Positions 10,053 through 21,322 of a stretch of DNA of 64,000 nt are shown here, in pieces. The notes beneath the pieces are model-generated. The model saw nothing but the letters and a program-made list of their open reading frames with translations, was not told the DNA's origin and ran no database searches. The position numbers and the translations under genes are program-made. How positions within the stretch are numbered: the stretch's first letter is position 1; every line of letters starts with the position of its first letter. Source of the DNA: Alphaproteobacteria bacterium (GTDB taxonomy: Bacteria; Pseudomonadota; Alphaproteobacteria; UBA7985); the NCBI GenBank assembly GCA_965660945.1, contig CBFIBS010000001.1:63961-127960 (forward strand), in the 5' to 3' direction.

Positions 10053-10596
10053 GACCGCCCTCTCCCTGATCGGCGTGGGAATGGCTGTGGCCGTGGCTAC
10101 GGTCGTGGCTATGGTCGTGGCTGTGGTCGTGGCGGTAGCTGTGATCGTGGCCGTAGGTGGGACCGCCGCCGTAGGCGCCGCCTTCGGGCGCAAACGGCGC
10201 CTCGCAGAACAGCGGCTCGGCGCCCAATCCCGCCAGCATGTCGGCAATCACCGGATCAGCGGCGATGCGCAGCCCCGTGGTGCCGATGAACTCAACCGGC
10301 AGATGACGGTTTCCCAGATGCCAGGCCCAACGCACAAGCCGAGCCGGATCATCGCTGCGCACCTCGATGACGGCTTCTACGGCAGCGCGTACGTCGATTT
10401 CCCCCTCTCCCGCGACCACCAGAGCCCCGCCGTGGTCCAGTTGGGTCACCTCGCGTAGGTCAAGCATGAACGGTTGGCCGTCGTCGAGACTCAGCCGAAT
10501 GCGCCGCCGGAAGCGATCGGAAAAGCTCAGGGTCACCGTGCCCAGACGTACGGCGCCGGGGTCGGGCTGAGGGCTATATCCGGTTGCACGCAGCAC
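10042..10596 (-). CDS. ureE: urease accessory protein UreE with a His-rich C-terminal nickel-binding tail
   Basis: UreE core plus a C-terminal HDHSHDHSHDRSHGHSHSH tract encoded by periodic repeats. Confidence 0.8.
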   Translation of the reverse strand: MLRATGYSPQPDPGAVRLGTVTLSFSDRFRRRIRLSLDDGQPFMLDLREVTQLDHGGALVVAGEGEIDVRAAVEAVIEVRSDDPARLVRWAWHLGNRHLPVEFIGTTGLRIAADPVIADMLAGLGAEPLFCEAPFAPEGGAYGGGPTYGHDHSYRHDHSHDHSHDRSHGHSHSHADQGEGGHDH

Positions 10597-10614
10597 AGCT
10601 TCCGCCCTTACCGA

Positions 10615-12320
<1,706 letters not shown>

Positions 12321-12321
<1 letters not shown>

Positions 12322-12629
12322 CAGTCCAGATCCCCCATAACATGCTGATTGAAGCCAAAGACCCTGCGCGCGCCAGTCAGTGCCACCAACTCGACCTCGC
12401 GTGTCTGACCGGGCTCGAAACGCACGGCTGTCCCCGCGGCGATGTTCAGCCGGAAGCCCCGGGCCGCCGTGCGGTCGAAATCAAGCGCCGGATTGGTTTC
12501 AGCAAAATGATAGTGACTGCCGACCTGAATCGGACGGTCGCCGGTATTGGCAACACTCAGGCTCTGCGTCTGCAGGCCCTCGTTAAGCTCAATCTCACCG
12601 TCGGCGAGAAGATATTCTCCGGGGATCAT
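12321..12629 (-). CDS. ureB: urease beta subunit
   Basis: 102-aa product with the conserved UreB sequence; stop overlaps the ureC start. Confidence 0.9.
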
Positions 12630-12672
12630 GGGTCGTGTTCCTCATCTGGACTGTCTTACGCGGTTGGGCGCG

Positions 12673-12975
12673 TCAGCGAATGGGGTTGTGGACGGTCACC
12701 AGCTTGGTGCCGTCGGGAAAGGTCGCCTCGACCTGGATCTCGTGAACCATTTCGGGAATGCCCTCCATCACCTGATCCCGGCGCAGCACCTCGGCGCCGG
12801 CACTCATCAGGTCAGCCACGCTGCGCCCGTCGCGCGCGCCCTCGATCACGAAGTCAGTGATCAGCGCGATGCTCTCCGGGTGGTTCAGCTTGACGCCGCG
12901 TTCCAGCCGTCCCCTCGCCACCATGGCGGCGAGGCTGACCAGCAGCTTATCCTTCTCGCGGGGGCTGAGTTTCAT
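12673..12975 (-). CDS. ureA: urease gamma subunit
   Basis: 100 aa beginning [12 protein letters not shown], the canonical UreA N-terminus. Confidence 0.9.
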   Translation of the reverse strand: MKLSPREKDKLLVSLAAMVARGRLERGVKLNHPESIALITDFVIEGARDGRSVADLMSAGAEVLRRDQVMEGIPEMVHEIQVEATFPDGTKLVTVHNPIR

Positions 12976-13002
12976 CGCCTCGGCTCCTCTCTCTTTTTTG
13001 TC

Positions 13003-13914
13003 TCAGATGCTCCACAGCGCGGGAAGTTCGGAGCGGTAGCCGCCCATTTCCGCACGGAGGTGTTTCCAGATGTCGCCCAGCAAACGCCGGAGTTCATGCG
13101 CCGGGCTGCCAACAAGCCGCACAAGGCTGCACGGGCCCAGGCACGTGACCCCCATACGCAGGCCCTTGCCCGCACGCGCCACGCGCTCATCCCATTCCGG
13201 AGTGCGCAACAAGGCGACAACCCGCTCTGCCTCCGGCCCGGCATAAACCACGGTCGCAAAGGCTTCAGCCCCGGCCAGCCCGAAGGCATCGTCCCGTCCA
13301 CGCGCGACGGCGGCAGCGCCCTCAAACCCGAAGCGGTCCATCCACACCAGCTCGCCATCAATCTCGAGCTGCCACGTATCGCTGAAGGCGCCGTCGGTAA
13401 AATGCTCGCCCATGGCCAGACGCCCGAGCACAACCATGTCCCCGACCAGCGCGCGCGACTGCGCCGCCGTCCGGATCGAAAACCGCCGCTCAAGGCGCGC
13501 TTGATCGAACAGGATGGTTTCCTGCGGCACCCATTCGAGCCACCCGTCCTCGGCCAGAGTGAGTTCGACATCCTGCTCCGTCAGCGCGCCGTTGGACCCA
13601 TAAACCTTTTCGGCGGCCTGCCCGACCATCTGTGCGGCGGCACCCGCCTGCACGGCCAGGCTGAAACGCAGCTGATCCCCGCCGACCAGTCCGCCCGAGA
13701 GTGTGCTGGAGACCAGCGACAGCGGCTCGCCGGGCACTGTGCGCGGTGTGAAAATACGAAAGGGGTCGGAGAAATAGCGGGTATCGAGGAAGGAACGCCC
13801 TCGCGCTTCAGCCACGCTCAGGCTGGCACTGCCACGCCCAAGCGTGCCTTCGGCCTTGCTCGCTGCCCCGACCGTCTTGGGTGGGGCTAAAGTTTCGAGG
13901 CTGGAGACTGCCAC
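13003..13914 (-). CDS. ureD: urease accessory protein UreD/UreH
   Basis: UreD family by sequence and by position at the head of ureDABCEFG. GTG start with a GGAG RBS 6 nt upstream. Confidence 0.8.
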   Translation of the reverse strand: MAVSSLETLAPPKTVGAASKAEGTLGRGSASLSVAEARGRSFLDTRYFSDPFRIFTPRTVPGEPLSLVSSTLSGGLVGGDQLRFSLAVQAGAAAQMVGQAAEKVYGSNGALTEQDVELTLAEDGWLEWVPQETILFDQARLERRFSIRTAAQSRALVGDMVVLGRLAMGEHFTDGAFSDTWQLEIDGELVWMDRFGFEGAAAVARGRDDAFGLAGAEAFATVVYAGPEAERVVALLRTPEWDERVARAGKGLRMGVTCLGPCSLVRLVGSPAHELRRLLGDIWKHLRAEMGGYRSELPALWSI

Positions 13915-14070
13915 CTGGAACTCCCTGTCTTGCCTCTTTAATTGGCAGCAAATCCCTGTGCGTCCAGTGCTTCACCCGCGCTTTTACCGCCGATGACTGT
14001 AATTTAGGCAATGCCGATCAAAGCAGTGGCAGGGATTTGGTCGACGGCAGTGCAAGGCGGCCTTCGCCGC

Positions 14071-15375
14071 TCAAACCTCGCCGCGATAGGCCGCGATTTC
14101 GAAGGCCGAAACCGCCTCGGCAAAGGTGTCGATTTCCTGCTTCTTCGCCGCCACGAAAGCCCGTCTGAAGGCTGCTCCAAAGGTGCGCTCAACGAAATCA
14201 CTGTTCTGGAACACGAGCAGGGCATCGGTCCACGAGGTCGGCAGGCGCGGCAGATCCTGCTCGTAACTACTGCCTGTGAACGGCGCGGGCGGCTCTGCCT
14301 TTGCCTTGATGCCTTCGAGCGCGGCTGCCAGCACGGCGGCCAGCACCAGATAGGGGTTGGCATCGGCGCCCGCAACGCGGTGTTCGAACCGCCGGGCGAC
14401 CCCGGGTGAGGCCGGGATGCGCACAGCGGCTGTGCGGTTGTCGTGGCCCCAGGCCGCCATCGTGGGTGCGTGGGTGCCGTCTCGCAGCCTGCGGAAGCTG
14501 TTCAGATGCGGCGCGAATAGCAGCGTGCTTTCGGCCATGCTGGACAGCAACCCGGCGACTGCCGCACGAAGGGTCTCACCGCCCCATTCGCTACCGTCGT
14601 CGAAGACGTTCCCGCCCTCGGCGTCGAGCATGGAAGCGTGCAGGTGGAACCCGCTACCCGCGTCTTCGCCGTAGGGCTTGGCCATGAAGGTTGCACCCAG
14701 ACCATGCTTTCGCGCCACGCCGCGGACGATGAACTTGAACAACGCGGCGTCGTCGGCGGCTTTGACCGGATCCGCACAGTGCAGCAGATTAACTTCGAAC
14801 TGCCCCTGCCCGCACTCGGAAATCGCGGCGTCAGCGGGCACGTCCCAGGCCTCGCACGCCTGATACAGATCGTCGGTGAAACCCTTGAGTGCTTCCAGGA
14901 GGTCAATTGAATATAGGCCAGCATTGACCATGCGCTGATTGGTGCCCGGGACCAGCGGCGGCTGCATTTCGGATAGCTGTGGGTCAAACAGGTAAAACTC
15001 GAGCTCGGTGGCGCAGACCGGCGTAAGCCCGGCTTCCGCGCACGCGCCGGCGACGGCCTGCAGTTGGCCACGGCTGTCGATTGGGCTCAGCGGGCCTTCG
15101 TGGGTGTACATCTGGCACGGCAGAAAGGCGACATCGTCCTCAACCCACGTCAGCGGCAGCGGGCCGCGTTCGGTTGGTTTCACGGTGCCATCACGGTCTC
15201 CGGTTTCCAGCACCAGACCGCTGTCGATCGCGTCACGTCCGAAGATGTCGACGTGCAGGGTAGATGCGGGAAGCTTCAGGTTGCCCTTGAATACCTTCTC
15301 CGTTGCGCTGGCAGGCAGGCGTTTGCCGCGAAACACGCCGTTGATATCGACAACCACGGGATAGAGTGCAGTCAC
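14071..15375 (-). CDS. glutamine synthetase-family protein (GlnA type III / gamma-glutamyl-amine ligase-like catalytic domain)
   Basis: Conserved GS catalytic-domain motifs (glutamate and ATP binding: E..E.E, NPYL, R..R). GTG start preceded by GGAGGGG. Confidence 0.8.
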   Translation of the reverse strand: MTALYPVVVDINGVFRGKRLPASATEKVFKGNLKLPASTLHVDIFGRDAIDSGLVLETGDRDGTVKPTERGPLPLTWVEDDVAFLPCQMYTHEGPLSPIDSRGQLQAVAGACAEAGLTPVCATELEFYLFDPQLSEMQPPLVPGTNQRMVNAGLYSIDLLEALKGFTDDLYQACEAWDVPADAAISECGQGQFEVNLLHCADPVKAADDAALFKFIVRGVARKHGLGATFMAKPYGEDAGSGFHLHASMLDAEGGNVFDDGSEWGGETLRAAVAGLLSSMAESTLLFAPHLNSFRRLRDGTHAPTMAAWGHDNRTAAVRIPASPGVARRFEHRVAGADANPYLVLAAVLAAALEGIKAKAEPPAPFTGSSYEQDLPRLPTSWTDALLVFQNSDFVERTFGAAFRRAFVAAKKQEIDTFAEAVSAFEIAAYRGEV

Positions 15376-15391
15376 GCGCCCCTCCGAACAT

Positions 15392-15411
15392 AAAAAGGGG
15401 CGAGACGCCCC
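15392..15411 (-). terminator. intrinsic-terminator-like hairpin (GGGGCG-aga-CGCCCC plus U-tract on the minus strand) in the 5' leader of the GS-family gene
   Basis: Perfect 6-bp GC stem with a 3-nt loop followed by UUUUU on the minus strand. It ends 6 nt before the GGAGG RBS. A second GGGGCGC copy overlaps the RBS and could form an alternative pairing. Confidence 0.4.
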
Positions 15412-15564
15412 AATGAAAGACCGCGCGACGTTAGACGAAAGTCCGTGCCGTGCAAACTCAGTGCTGTGCCTTCGCGGGTGTCGAGCTCTTTAGACAAGAC
15501 TTGGCCGGGCTCCACTGGCATATTCCCTGAACGTTACCCGCCTTGTGATATTTGGGAGGTTCAA

Positions 15565-16182
15565 GTGCTCAAATCTACAATTCCAGCTCTGAACGGACGC
15601 ACCATGTCGGTCGTTTTTGCCGCATTGGCTTTAGCCCTAACCCTGTTATCGCCAGCCCGCGCGGACAATCATCATTGGGATCAGCTGACCTTTGAGCGGG
15701 TCGATGCGGTTGCTGAAGCCGTGTTGACGAAGGCGCAGGCACTGTCGCTGGCCAACAATCGCGAGTACTGCGGCTACATCGCCTTCAACGCCGACGACAA
15801 ACTGCAATTTACCGCCCCCACCCGTGGTGACATCGAGAGCTGCGAGCCACCCTTGGTCCCGGACAGTTGGGAGCTCATTGCCAGCTATCACACCCACGGC
15901 GCGCTGGACCCGAGCGACCCTGAGGCCAGCTTCGAGCTTCCGAGCAGCGGAGACCTCGAGAGCGACAGTGACGAAGGCGTAGATGGTTACCTCTCCACCC
16001 CAGGCGGTCGATTCTGGTTTATAGACACGGTCGATGAGGTCGTGATTCTCCTTGGCGATATCGGCTACTTCGAGTCCGATCAGCTATTTGTCGAGGACAT
16101 CGACTGCCCGCTGCAGGCCGAATACAGCTTTGAAGACATTTTCGTGATAGAAGACGAAAACCTCGCCGCGTGCGAGCTCTGA
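15565..16182 (+). CDS. secreted acidic hypothetical protein with a YHTHG motif (possibly DUF4329-like)
   Basis: GTG start 5 nt after a GGGAGG RBS; an alternative ATG is at 15604. Signal peptide ends ...LLSPARA/DNHH. The mature protein is rich in D/E with CGYI...YHTHG and paired Cys. A bidirectional terminator follows. Confidence 0.5.
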   Translation: MLKSTIPALNGRTMSVVFAALALALTLLSPARADNHHWDQLTFERVDAVAEAVLTKAQALSLANNREYCGYIAFNADDKLQFTAPTRGDIESCEPPLVPDSWELIASYHTHGALDPSDPEASFELPSSGDLESDSDEGVDGYLSTPGGRFWFIDTVDEVVILLGDIGYFESDQLFVEDIDCPLQAEYSFEDIFVIEDENLAACEL

Positions 16183-16200
16183 TCGTCCCTGCAAAGCAAA

Positions 16201-16229
16201 GGGGCGACGCCAATTTGTGGCATCGCCCC
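16201..16229. terminator. bidirectional rho-independent terminator between convergent genes
   Basis: GGGGCGACGCCA-atttg-TGGCATCGCCCC stem-loop (12 bp, 1 mismatch). On the minus strand a U-rich run follows, closing the pyrimidine/ABC operon. Confidence 0.5.
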
Positions 16230-16278
16230 CCTCGTTAGGCTCAGGCTCAAGCCTGTACCCTGAACTTCCGAAGACTGC

Positions 16279-17265
16279 TTACTTCAGCGCCGCGTCGGTG
16301 ATGGCGTGGGTCCAAGCGCCTTCTGGTGCTGCGGAAATAACCGCATCACCGCCAGCGAGCAGGGTCGCAACCGTACGATCGTAGTCGGCCGGGTCGAGAG
16401 CCCCGTTTGAACCAGCGGTCAGCTTGGCGATTTCACCCATCATACGGAACTGGTCTTCATAGGTCGCAGTGCCGGTGTCGTCATTTTCAAGAATGATCTC
16501 GACAGCTTCCTCAACGTTAGCTTCCGCATACTTCCAGCCCTTCATGGACGCTGAAACAAACCGGGTTAGCCGATCAGCAAATGCAGGATCGCTTAGGTTA
16601 TCTTCCAGCACGTAAAGACCGTCTTCAAGTGTTGCTACTCCTTGATCTTCGTACTTGAAGACGATCAGCTCGTCGGCGCTCAGGCCGCCGTCGATCACCT
16701 GCCAGTATTCGTTGTAGGTCATGGTGGACACACAGTCCGCCTGGCCGTTGAAGATCGGGTCAACGTTGAAACCCTGCTGCAGCACAGTCACACCGTTGTC
16801 ACCGCCATCGGTTCCCAGACCCAGCTGGGACATCCAACTCAGGAACGGGAACTCGTTACCGAAAAACCATACGCCGAGCGTCTTGCCGGCAAGATCGTCG
16901 GTCGAGGAAATGCCGGAATCACGGCGGCAGGTCAGCATCATGCCAGAAGACTTGAAGGGCTGCGCTACGTTAACCACAGGAAGACCATTTTCCCGAGCAG
17001 AGAGCGCGGATGGCATCCAGTTGACCATGATATCGGCACCGCCACCTGCGAGGATCTGCGGGGGTGCGATGTCTGGACCGCCCGGCCTGATGGTCACGTC
17101 CAGACCAACGGCATCGTAGAAGCCCTTGTCCTTAGCGACGTAGTAACCCGCAAACTGAGCCTGCGTTACCCATTGAAGCTGGATCGTAAATTTATCCTGC
17201 GCTTGGGCCACGGTGGCCGAAAGCGAGGCTGCAGCTGCAAGAGCTGCGACGAGTACTTTTTTCAT
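16279..17265 (-). CDS. ABC transporter substrate-binding protein, NitT/TauT (NMT1/THI5-like) family, with signal peptide
   Basis: N-terminal signal peptide (MKKVLVAALAAAASLSATVAQA) and an NMT1-like periplasmic binding fold. Confidence 0.8.
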   Translation of the reverse strand: MKKVLVAALAAAASLSATVAQAQDKFTIQLQWVTQAQFAGYYVAKDKGFYDAVGLDVTIRPGGPDIAPPQILAGGGADIMVNWMPSALSARENGLPVVNVAQPFKSSGMMLTCRRDSGISSTDDLAGKTLGVWFFGNEFPFLSWMSQLGLGTDGGDNGVTVLQQGFNVDPIFNGQADCVSTMTYNEYWQVIDGGLSADELIVFKYEDQGVATLEDGLYVLEDNLSDPAFADRLTRFVSASMKGWKYAEANVEEAVEIILENDDTGTATYEDQFRMMGEIAKLTAGSNGALDPADYDRTVATLLAGGDAVISAAPEGAWTHAITDAALK

Positions 17266-17289
17266 CTTCTCTCTCCTGTTGTGCTCTGG

Positions 17290-18129
17290 TCACCGTCTCT
17301 GCGAGGGGTGCCAGAAGGTTAGACTGCGTTCGACGATGAGCAGCAGTCCAAAAAATCCTGTGCCGGCAAGGGCTGCCACTATGATCTCTGCCCAAACGAG
17401 ATCCAAAGACAGCGAACCAACACTGGTTTTTATCCGGAAGCCCATACCAAAAGAGGGCGAACCGAAAAACTCAGCCACAATGGCCCCGATCAAGGCAAGC
17501 GGGGTGCAGACCTTGAGCCCATTGAGGATGAAGGGCATGGCCGCAGGCAGACGCAGTAAGCTGAGCTTCTGGACCGGTGTCGCGGCGTAGGTCTTGAACA
17601 AGTCGCGCTCGATAGCGCTGGTCGCGGCCAGTCCCTGCACGCTGTTCACCAGCATGGGGAAGAAGCACATCGACACGACGATCGCAGCCTTGGATTCCCA
17701 GCCAAACCCGAACCACATGACCATGATCGGAGCCAGGCCGACCACGGGCAGCGCGGCGACGAAGTTCCCCAGTGGCAACAAGCCACGGCGCAGGAAGTCC
17801 GAACGGCTGGCAAGAAAGGCGACGAACAGCGCCGCTGCACAGCCCATGATGTAGCCTGTGAGCGCACCCTTGAGGATGGTCTGCGCAAAGTCTCCCCAAA
17901 GCATCGGTAGACTGGTGAACAGGCGCGCCACCATTTCCGACGGTTTGGGCAGGATCACAAACGGCACTTTCAGCCCAGTGACAATCAACTCGACCATCAA
18001 CACGAGCGTCAGGCCGAAGATGATCGGCACCACAATCCTCGCCTGCCGCTCGTTCAGCAACCGCGCGAGCATGACGTTCAGCGCCCAAAGACCGATCCAG
18101 ACAACGATGCCAGTTATGGCCAAGGTCAT
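17290..18129 (-). CDS. ABC transporter permease (NitT/TauT family)
   Basis: Polytopic membrane protein with a BPD-transporter EAA-like loop. Co-operonic with the binding protein and ATPase. Confidence 0.8.
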   Translation of the reverse strand: MTLAITGIVVWIGLWALNVMLARLLNERQARIVVPIIFGLTLVLMVELIVTGLKVPFVILPKPSEMVARLFTSLPMLWGDFAQTILKGALTGYIMGCAAALFVAFLASRSDFLRRGLLPLGNFVAALPVVGLAPIMVMWFGFGWESKAAIVVSMCFFPMLVNSVQGLAATSAIERDLFKTYAATPVQKLSLLRLPAAMPFILNGLKVCTPLALIGAIVAEFFGSPSFGMGFRIKTSVGSLSLDLVWAEIIVAALAGTGFFGLLLIVERSLTFWHPSQRR

Positions 18130-19037
18130 GACGATGCCTCCGCCGCGTTACGGAAGCCCAGTCGCCGGTTCAGCGCGCGTTCGAGCAGACTGAAGGAAAC
18201 CACCAGCAGCCCGGCAAGAATTGCGGCAGCAATCAAGTTCGCCCACATTGGAATTGTCTCCGACCGGTAGGAGAAGACCAGCAGGCGCGCGCCTAGGCCT
18301 GCCCGCGCGCCCGATGGCAGCTCAGCGACAACAGCGCCGACAAGCGCAGCAGCCAACCCGATTTTCATTGCGGGGAACAGGAAGGGCAACGCCGATGGCA
18401 GGCGCAGCAGCCAGAAGGTCTGGAACGCCGTCGCCGACCAGGTCTTCATCTGATCCTCCAGGATCGGCTCACTCGAGCGCAGGCCCTTGGTCATGCCAAT
18501 GACGATGGGGAAGTAGCTAAGATACATGGAAATCACGCCCTTGGGCATCAGCCCCGTGAAACCCAGCGGGGCCATCAGCACGATGATCATGGGTGCGATC
18601 GCGATGATCGGGATGGTCTGCGAGGTAATCACCCACGGCATGACCGAAAAGTCCATAACCCGCGAATAGACGATAGCCAGCGACAGGCTGACCCCCAACA
18701 CCAGCCCCAGCGCAAAGCCCAGCAAGGTCGAAGAAAGCGTCACCCAAGTGTGGTAGATCAGCGAGCGCTTGTAGCCTCGCCGCTTCTCTTTCCAGATCCA
18801 AGAAAAGGTCGCCTGTTTCTTCACCTCGGCTACGATCTGATGCGGCAGGGGCAACTGCGGCTTTTTCTGTGACCAGGTATCGGCGACCAGCTCGCTGAAG
18901 GGTATTTCAGCGTCGTCCGGCGCCATCATGTAGGTTCGGGCAGAATTCATAGGAATGGCGGCCGCGTACCAGATCACGACGAAGGTCACCAGAATGGTGG
19001 CCACCGGCACAACAGAGTGCGACAGCCAGCGGATCAT
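18126..19037 (-). CDS. ABC transporter permease (NitT/TauT family), second subunit
   Basis: Polytopic membrane protein. Overlapping start and stop with its neighbours. Confidence 0.8.
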   Translation of the reverse strand: MIRWLSHSVVPVATILVTFVVIWYAAAIPMNSARTYMMAPDDAEIPFSELVADTWSQKKPQLPLPHQIVAEVKKQATFSWIWKEKRRGYKRSLIYHTWVTLSSTLLGFALGLVLGVSLSLAIVYSRVMDFSVMPWVITSQTIPIIAIAPMIIVLMAPLGFTGLMPKGVISMYLSYFPIVIGMTKGLRSSEPILEDQMKTWSATAFQTFWLLRLPSALPFLFPAMKIGLAAALVGAVVAELPSGARAGLGARLLVFSYRSETIPMWANLIAAAILAGLLVVSFSLLERALNRRLGFRNAAEASS

Positions 19038-19795
19038 TCGTCCATGCCCTCCCGTAGGGCTGCGCGCACCTCGGCGGCAACATCGAGAAAGGCCGTGGTT
19101 TCGCGCACGTCCAGCGGCCGGTCGGCGGACAGCGGGTTGTCAATGATCTTCGAAATCCGCCCAGGACGAGGTGACATCACCGCGATCTTGGTCGACAGGA
19201 AGACGGCTTCCGGGATCGAATGGGTGACGAACAGCACAGTTTTCTGGGTCGCCCGCCACAGCTCCAGCAGCTGCTCGTTCAGACGGTCGCGCACAATCTC
19301 GTCGAGCGCGCCAAAGGGCTCGTCCATCAGCAGCAGTTCGGCGTCGAAGGCCAGTGCTCGCGCGATCGATGCACGTTGCTGCATGCCCCCCGACAGCTGC
19401 CAAGGGAACTTGCTACCAAAACCATCGAGCTCCACCATCGTCAGCACGTCGGCGATCCGCCCGGCGGCTTCGGCCCGCTTCTGCCCCATGAGCGCCAGCG
19501 GCAGGAAGATATTGCCCTCGACCGTGCGCCACGGCAGCAGCCCGGGCTGCTGGAAGACGTAGCCATAGGCACGGGCCTGCCGCGCCTGCTCCGGTGTCTG
19601 CCCGGTGACCAGTACCGTACCGCCCGTGGGTTGTTCGAGATCGGCAACAACCCGCAGCAACGTGGTCTTGCCGCAGCCCGAGGGACCGATGAACGACACG
19701 AACTCCCCGGCCTCGATCGACAGATCGACGTTCTTCAGGGCTTCGATATTGCCCGGATAGGTCAGCGACAATCCCTGCGCCGAAACAACACTCAC
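19034..19795 (-). CDS. ABC transporter ATP-binding protein
   Basis: Walker A GPSGCGKTT, signature LSGGMQQR and Walker B LLLMDEP. Confidence 0.85.
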   Translation of the reverse strand: MSVVSAQGLSLTYPGNIEALKNVDLSIEAGEFVSFIGPSGCGKTTLLRVVADLEQPTGGTVLVTGQTPEQARQARAYGYVFQQPGLLPWRTVEGNIFLPLALMGQKRAEAAGRIADVLTMVELDGFGSKFPWQLSGGMQQRASIARALAFDAELLLMDEPFGALDEIVRDRLNEQLLELWRATQKTVLFVTHSIPEAVFLSTKIAVMSPRPGRISKIIDNPLSADRPLDVRETTAFLDVAAEVRAALREGMDE

Positions 19796-19798
19796 CGC

Positions 19799-21262
19799 TT
19801 AGACACCCGATGGAATGTTCAGGGGATCGCGCTCGATCTTGCGTGGGGTGTTCAGCTCTTTCCACTTGGTCAGCGCGGTGTTGACGGCCGCCTGCGACTT
19901 ACGCGGGACGAACCGACCCCGGCCGGGCTGGGGCTGGCTGTTCTTACCGTGTGCCCAGACCACGTCGCCGCGGCTGAGGGTGAAGCGAGCCTGTGCTGAA
20001 ACCTCGAAGCCCTCGAACACGTTGTAGTCGATGATCGACTTCTGCGTGGTCGCGGAGACCGTCTTGGTGATGCTCGGGTCCCAGACCACGATATCCGCGT
20101 CCGCGCCTTCGACGATCGCGCCCTTCTGCGGGTAGATGTTGAGGATCTTGGCGATGTTGGTCGAGGTCACGGCGACAAACTCATTCGGGGTCAGGCGACC
20201 GGTATCGACGCCCTTGGTCCAGAGCACGGACAGGCGCTCTTCGAGACCGCCGGTACCGTTGGGGATGAACGGGAAGCCCTTCAGACCCATGCGCTTCTGC
20301 TCGGTGCTGAAGGCGGCGTGGTCGGTGGCCACAACCTGCAGCGACCCAGCAGCCAGACCGGCCCAGAGGCCGTCCTGATGATCCTTGGAGCGGAACGGCG
20401 GCGACATCACCCGGCGGGCGGCGTAGTCCCAGTCCTTATTGAAGTACTCGGTTTCATCGAGTGTCAGATGCTGGATCAGTGGCTCGCCGAAGACGCGCAT
20501 GCCCTTCTGCCGCGCGCGGCGGATGGCTTCGTGCGCCTGCTCACAGGATACGTGCACGATATACAGCGGCACGCCGGCGGCATCAGCGATCATGATCGCG
20601 CGGTTAGCGGCCTCGCCCTCGACTTCCGGTGGGCGGGAGTAGGCATGGCCCTCGGGACCGGTCAGCCCCTGGTTCATGTACTTTTCCTGCAACTCGGCGA
20701 CGATATCCCCGTTTTCGGCGTGGACCAGCGGCAGTGCGCCGAGCTCGGCACAGCGCTTGAAGGAGGCGAACATTTCATCGTCCTCGATCATCAGCGCGCC
20801 CTTGTAGGCCATGAAGTGCTTGAAGGTGTTGACCCCGCGCTTCACCACGTCGGCCATCTCGTTGAAGATCTGCTCGGACCAGCCGGTGATCGCCATATGA
20901 TAGGAAATGTCGATACAGATCTGGTCGCGGGATTTGGCGTCCCAGTTATCGAGCGCGTTGAGCAGGGAGCCGTCCTCGCCCGGCAGGCAGAAGTCGACCA
21001 GCATGGTGGTCCCGCCCGCAGCAGCGGCGAAGGTGCCGCTCTCGAAGGTCTCGGCGGCGGTGGTCCCCATGAACGGCATTTCAAGATGGGTGTGCGGGTC
21101 GATCCCACCGGGGATGACGTAGGCACCACTGGCGTCGATCACTTCGTCGCCCTTGAGGTTCAGACCGATCTGCTTGATCTTCTCGCCCTCGATCAGGACG
21201 TCTGCCTCGTAGGTCCGGTCAGCGGTGACAACCGTCCCGCCCTTGATCACTTTTGTGCCCAT
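19799..21262 (-). CDS. dihydropyrimidinase / D-hydantoinase
   Basis: Cyclic amidohydrolase motifs (GGIDPHTH, carbamylated-Lys region, VATDHA). Start at Met10 with a GAGG RBS. Confidence 0.85.
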   Translation of the reverse strand: MGTKVIKGGTVVTADRTYEADVLIEGEKIKQIGLNLKGDEVIDASGAYVIPGGIDPHTHLEMPFMGTTAAETFESGTFAAAAGGTTMLVDFCLPGEDGSLLNALDNWDAKSRDQICIDISYHMAITGWSEQIFNEMADVVKRGVNTFKHFMAYKGALMIEDDEMFASFKRCAELGALPLVHAENGDIVAELQEKYMNQGLTGPEGHAYSRPPEVEGEAANRAIMIADAAGVPLYIVHVSCEQAHEAIRRARQKGMRVFGEPLIQHLTLDETEYFNKDWDYAARRVMSPPFRSKDHQDGLWAGLAAGSLQVVATDHAAFSTEQKRMGLKGFPFIPNGTGGLEERLSVLWTKGVDTGRLTPNEFVAVTSTNIAKILNIYPQKGAIVEGADADIVVWDPSITKTVSATTQKSIIDYNVFEGFEVSAQARFTLSRGDVVWAHGKNSQPQPGRGRFVPRKSQAAVNTALTKWKELNTPRKIERDPLNIPSGV

Positions 21263-21322
21263 GCTCTCTGCCTCTTTCAACTCAATCAAATGTGGACAAC
21301 CAGACGCCGCGGTTCCGCGGCG

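Noticed and set aside
10060-10170. 15-nt periodic repeat (ggtcgtggct-like units)
   Set aside because: Not a CRISPR or VNTR element. It encodes the His-rich nickel-binding tail of UreE (HDHSHD repeats); the same DNA produces the Thr/Ala/Val-rich artefacts in other frames.
9384-10247. Longer UreF start at 10247 (287 aa)
   Set aside because: The extra 65 residues are Thr/Ala low-complexity sequence antisense to the ureE His-tail repeats; the Met at 10052 gives a normal-length UreF.
12547-13890. 447-aa plus-strand ORF across ureA/ureD
   Set aside because: Antisense to well-supported urease genes; low-complexity translation.
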